Assembly (NCBI GenBank): GCA_963693665.1
Contig: CAVOAK010000002.1
Location: 1 to 46,878 of the forward strand
DNA: 46,878 nucleotides
Source of the DNA: Alphaproteobacteria bacterium
GTDB taxonomy: Bacteria; Pseudomonadota; Alphaproteobacteria; UBA8366; CAVOAK01
Direction of reading: 5' to 3'
Below, piece by piece: positions 44,276 through 46,878 of this stretch (positions within the stretch are counted from its first letter, which is position 1; every line of letters begins with the position of its first letter). The position numbers and the translations under genes are program-made. Below the pieces are notes generated by a model. It saw nothing but the letters and a program-made list of their open reading frames with translations. It was not told where the DNA came from and made no database searches.

Positions 44276-45427
44276 TCAGGACACTCGGCGTAGACGGGGT
44301 TTCTTCTTCTCCGGCGTCAGATTTTTCGCCAGGTATTGGTAGATATCCCAGACCGGTCCTTCGAGATCAGCCGGTCCTAATTTGCTTGTTGTCGACATGC
44401 GAGAATTAAGGCCACGCTGTAATGACTCAAGTTTCTCTCTGTCTTCCCTATTTATTGTCTCGTAGAGCTCCAACGCACCCTTGACGGATTTACGCGACGG
44501 CTTCGGATCAAATGACGCAAACCCCCATCTGGTGACTACCTGATCTGCCGAGCGTGGCCGAAGGCACATATGGATGACACCGCTCCCGTACAGTCCAACG
44601 ACGTGCGAGGGGTAAATGCAAAACATCATGGACAAGCGTTTTTCCGCGTCCGTCACATCGTTATGATAGGGTTTCCGTTGCGGAAAATTGGGATCGTAAC
44701 CGGATTTATAACCGGTGTAGCCCTCACCACCTGGAATCTTTTCGCAGAGGCGCGTCGGCGTGATTTTATGCAACGAATTGATATGCGTCACGCTGAGGTG
44801 ATAACCCTCCATGAAGTTTTCGGTCAGACACTTCCAGTTTGTGCCCCACACGTCCTCATTCATGAACTGCGAAGTCATCTGCTCGGCATGATAGTTCTGG
44901 ACATAAGGCTCAAGGCCCTTAAGTCGCGGCGCCAGCGGCTTCGCTTTGCCATCCAGATTCACATAGAGGAAGCCGTGCCACACCTCGGTCGAAAATTCCG
45001 GTAGACGGCAGTTCTTAACATCGAATCCCGCGACCTTGTCCATATGGGGCGCCCGCAACAACTGGCCATCGTTGGCATAGCTCCATGCGTGATAGGGACA
45101 AACGAAATGCTTCTTGTTGCCCTTGTCCTCGACGATCACCGACGAGCGATGGCGGCAGACGTTTGAGAGCACGCGAACCTTTTTGTCCTGGCCACGGACG
45201 ACGATCAGCGGTTCGTCGATAAGTTCGGTGGTAAAATAGTCGCCAGGCTTCGGCACTTCCTCGACACGGCCAAGGCACACCCACTCCTTGCGGAAAATCT
45301 CTTCCCTCTCAAGTTCTAAGAATTCCTCGGACGTGTAAAACTCATTCGGAAGCGTTCTTGCTTGGCCAAATCCATCACCCTTGATGTCAGCCAGCGCTGC
45401 TTGAATCTCAGCTGTTGCGTTTCCCAT
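44276..45427 (-). CDS. Rieske non-heme-iron oxygenase alpha subunit (GbcA/CntA/Stc2-like alpha-only type), tandem copy 1
   Basis: The Rieske motif is CRHRSS...CPYHAW. The iron motif is NWKCLTENFMEGYHLSVTH. GGGAGAC lies upstream of the ATG. Confidence 0.9.
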   Translation of the reverse strand: MGNATAEIQAALADIKGDGFGQARTLPNEFYTSEEFLELEREEIFRKEWVCLGRVEEVPKPGDYFTTELIDEPLIVVRGQDKKVRVLSNVCRHRSSVIVEDKGNKKHFVCPYHAWSYANDGQLLRAPHMDKVAGFDVKNCRLPEFSTEVWHGFLYVNLDGKAKPLAPRLKGLEPYVQNYHAEQMTSQFMNEDVWGTNWKCLTENFMEGYHLSVTHINSLHKITPTRLCEKIPGGEGYTGYKSGYDPNFPQRKPYHNDVTDAEKRLSMMFCIYPSHVVGLYGSGVIHMCLRPRSADQVVTRWGFASFDPKPSRKSVKGALELYETINREDREKLESLQRGLNSRMSTTSKLGPADLEGPVWDIYQYLAKNLTPEKKKPRLRRVS

Positions 45428-45494
45428 CTTCAGTCTCCCAATACGGTCGGCACAATTAAGACAGCACGTCCGGCGTTCATTTATGCCGCATAAA

Positions 45495-46652
45495 TCAGGA
45501 CGCGCGCTTAAGCCGTGTCCTGCGCGCCGACTTCGGCGTCAGCATTCGCGCCATATATTGATACATATCCCAAACTGTTCCTTCGAGATCAGGTGGCCCC
45601 AACGGTTTACGTTCAACGTAGCGAGAGGCCAGCCCACGACGAATTTTTTCGAGCTGCACGCGATCTTCATCCATAGTCTTGTTGAATCCTTCAGTTCGCG
45701 CCTCCGGCGGACGCGCAGCGTCCACTTCGTATGATGACAGGATGCACCGATTGAACACCTCACCTGCTCCGCGAGGTTGCAGAGCGAGCGAAGCGGAGCC
45801 GTTCGATGTGATACCCACGGTATGCGAGGGGTATATCCAGAAGAACATACTAAAACGTCGTTCCTCGGGCGTCATGTTCGGATGATAGGGCTTTCGTTGT
45901 GGCGACTTGCGCGTGTAGTGCGCCTTGTAGCCAGTGTAGGCCTCGCCCGGCAGGATCTTCTCGCAAAGTCGCGTAGGCGTAATATCGTACAGTTCTTTGC
46001 TATGCACCGTGCTGAGGTGATAGCCCTCCATATAATTCTCAGCGAGACACTTCCAATTAGTCGGCCACACTTCTTCCTGGACAAGGCTGACCAACATGTC
46101 TTCTGGATGACGATTCTTAAGATAGGGCTCTAGGCCTATCAGTCGCGGCGCCAATGGCTTCGCCTTGCCGTCCAGGTTCACATATATAAATCCGTGCCAG
46201 ATCTCCGTCTTGAGTTCAGGCAAATGGGAGCCCTCAACTTTGAAGCCTTTGATTTGGTCCATGTAAGGTGCGCGCAAGAGCTGCCCATCATTGGCGTAGG
46301 TCCACGCGTGATACGGGCAGACGAAGTGTTTGCTATTGCCGTTACCTTCAACAATCACCGAAGAGCGGTGGCGGCAGACGTTCGAAAGCACGCGGATTTT
46401 GTCATCCTGACCCCGCGCGATAATCAGCGGTTCGTCCAAAAGCTGTGTTGTAAAATAGTCGCCGCGCTTAGGAATTTCAGCGACCCGCCCGAGGCAGATC
46501 CATTCTTTGCGGAAGATCTCTTCCTTCTCGAGTTCAACAAAAGATTCGGACGTATAAAACTCCGGTGGCAACGTTGTTGCCTGGCCAGGGCCCAAGTCGA
46601 TGATGTTGGCCAGCGCCTCTTTCAATTCAGCTGATATTGATTTCATTTTCAA
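45495..46652 (-). CDS. Rieske non-heme-iron oxygenase alpha subunit, tandem copy 2
   Basis: The Rieske motif is CRHRSS...CPYHAW. The iron motif is NWKCLAENYMEGYHLSTVH. It is clearly paralogous to copy 1. Confidence 0.9.
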   Translation of the reverse strand: MKMKSISAELKEALANIIDLGPGQATTLPPEFYTSESFVELEKEEIFRKEWICLGRVAEIPKRGDYFTTQLLDEPLIIARGQDDKIRVLSNVCRHRSSVIVEGNGNSKHFVCPYHAWTYANDGQLLRAPYMDQIKGFKVEGSHLPELKTEIWHGFIYVNLDGKAKPLAPRLIGLEPYLKNRHPEDMLVSLVQEEVWPTNWKCLAENYMEGYHLSTVHSKELYDITPTRLCEKILPGEAYTGYKAHYTRKSPQRKPYHPNMTPEERRFSMFFWIYPSHTVGITSNGSASLALQPRGAGEVFNRCILSSYEVDAARPPEARTEGFNKTMDEDRVQLEKIRRGLASRYVERKPLGPPDLEGTVWDMYQYMARMLTPKSARRTRLKRAS

Positions 46653-46681
46653 ATCTCCTATCAGTTAGCGCTGTTGCCCCA

Positions 46682-46878
46682 TCATGACGCCCGTTTAACC
46701 CGGCTCTTGGTAACCGTTTTCAACGAAAGCTTTTCAGCTAAATAGCAATTGATATCCCATATTGTGCCTTCAAAGTCAGGAGGCGCCAATGGGCTTCCGG
46801 CAACAGAACGCGACTTTAATCCTCTACGAACGCTCTGAAGTCTGGCCTTGTCTTCGACCATCACATCGGCGATCCAAC
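46682..46878 (-). CDS. Rieske oxygenase alpha subunit, tandem copy 3 (C-terminal end only; the gene runs off the window)
   Basis: The C-terminal sequence EDKARLQSVRRGLKSRSVAGSPLAPPDFEGTIWDINCYLAEKL...RVKRAS aligns with the C-termini of copies 1 and 2. Confidence 0.8.
   Translation of the reverse strand, partial: WIADVMVEDKARLQSVRRGLKSRSVAGSPLAPPDFEGTIWDINCYLAEKLSLKTVTKSRVKRAS

Noticed and set aside
1-46878. Search for a CRISPR array, a defence island, toxin-antitoxin pairs, a retron or DGR, an integron, an IS element or a prophage.
   Set aside because: I noticed no direct-repeat arrays. I saw no nuclease, helicase, reverse-transcriptase, integrase or transposase-like ORFs, and no terminal inverted repeats. 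The accessory character of the region is metabolic only.

Overview
Gene-dense bacterial chromosomal segment of moderate GC (judged by eye), with about 45 protein-coding genes. The protein signatures suggest a marine alphaproteobacterial catabolic region; that taxonomy is inference only. I found no rRNA, tRNA, CRISPR array, transposase, integrase, prophage gene, or recognisable defence or toxin-antitoxin gene. Left part (1-14.7 kb): small or uncertain ORFs, a decayed P-loop kinase, an MBL-fold hydrolase, a TPP enzyme, an NlpC/P60 peptidase, an amidase, malate synthase A, an ArsR-SRPBCC pair, a tandem USP and a TauE-like exporter. Middle (14.8-26.2 kb): two divergent operons. The minus-strand operon is M14 carboxypeptidase, PF04392-type ABC importer and TauD-family dioxygenase. 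The plus-strand operon is a DddP-like M24 protein, a DAO-type flavoprotein and hydantoinase/oxoprolinase-type HyuA and HyuB. Right part (26.2-46.9 kb): an accessory-looking catabolic block. It holds five alpha-only Rieske oxygenase genes (one decayed, three in tandem running off the right edge) with no reductase or ferredoxin gene in the window. It also holds a three-subunit HcnABC/opine-oxidase/D-hydroxyproline-dehydrogenase-like flavoenzyme, a DUF1537 kinase-PdxA2 pair and an FAH-family enzyme. The rest of the block is an amino-acid-type ABC transporter without a binding protein, a DoeB/AstE-like deacylase, a leaderless PotD-like binding protein and a divergent DRE-TIM (HMGL-like) protein. 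The best candidate for an undescribed system is the operon of tandem Rieske oxygenases plus the three-subunit flavoenzyme. This is a metabolic, not a defence, candidate, and its function is hypothesis only. Secondary observations are four genes with frameshifts or in-frame stops, and several perfect palindromes or hairpins in the few non-coding gaps. Only one recognisable transcription factor (ArsR) is present in the whole window.
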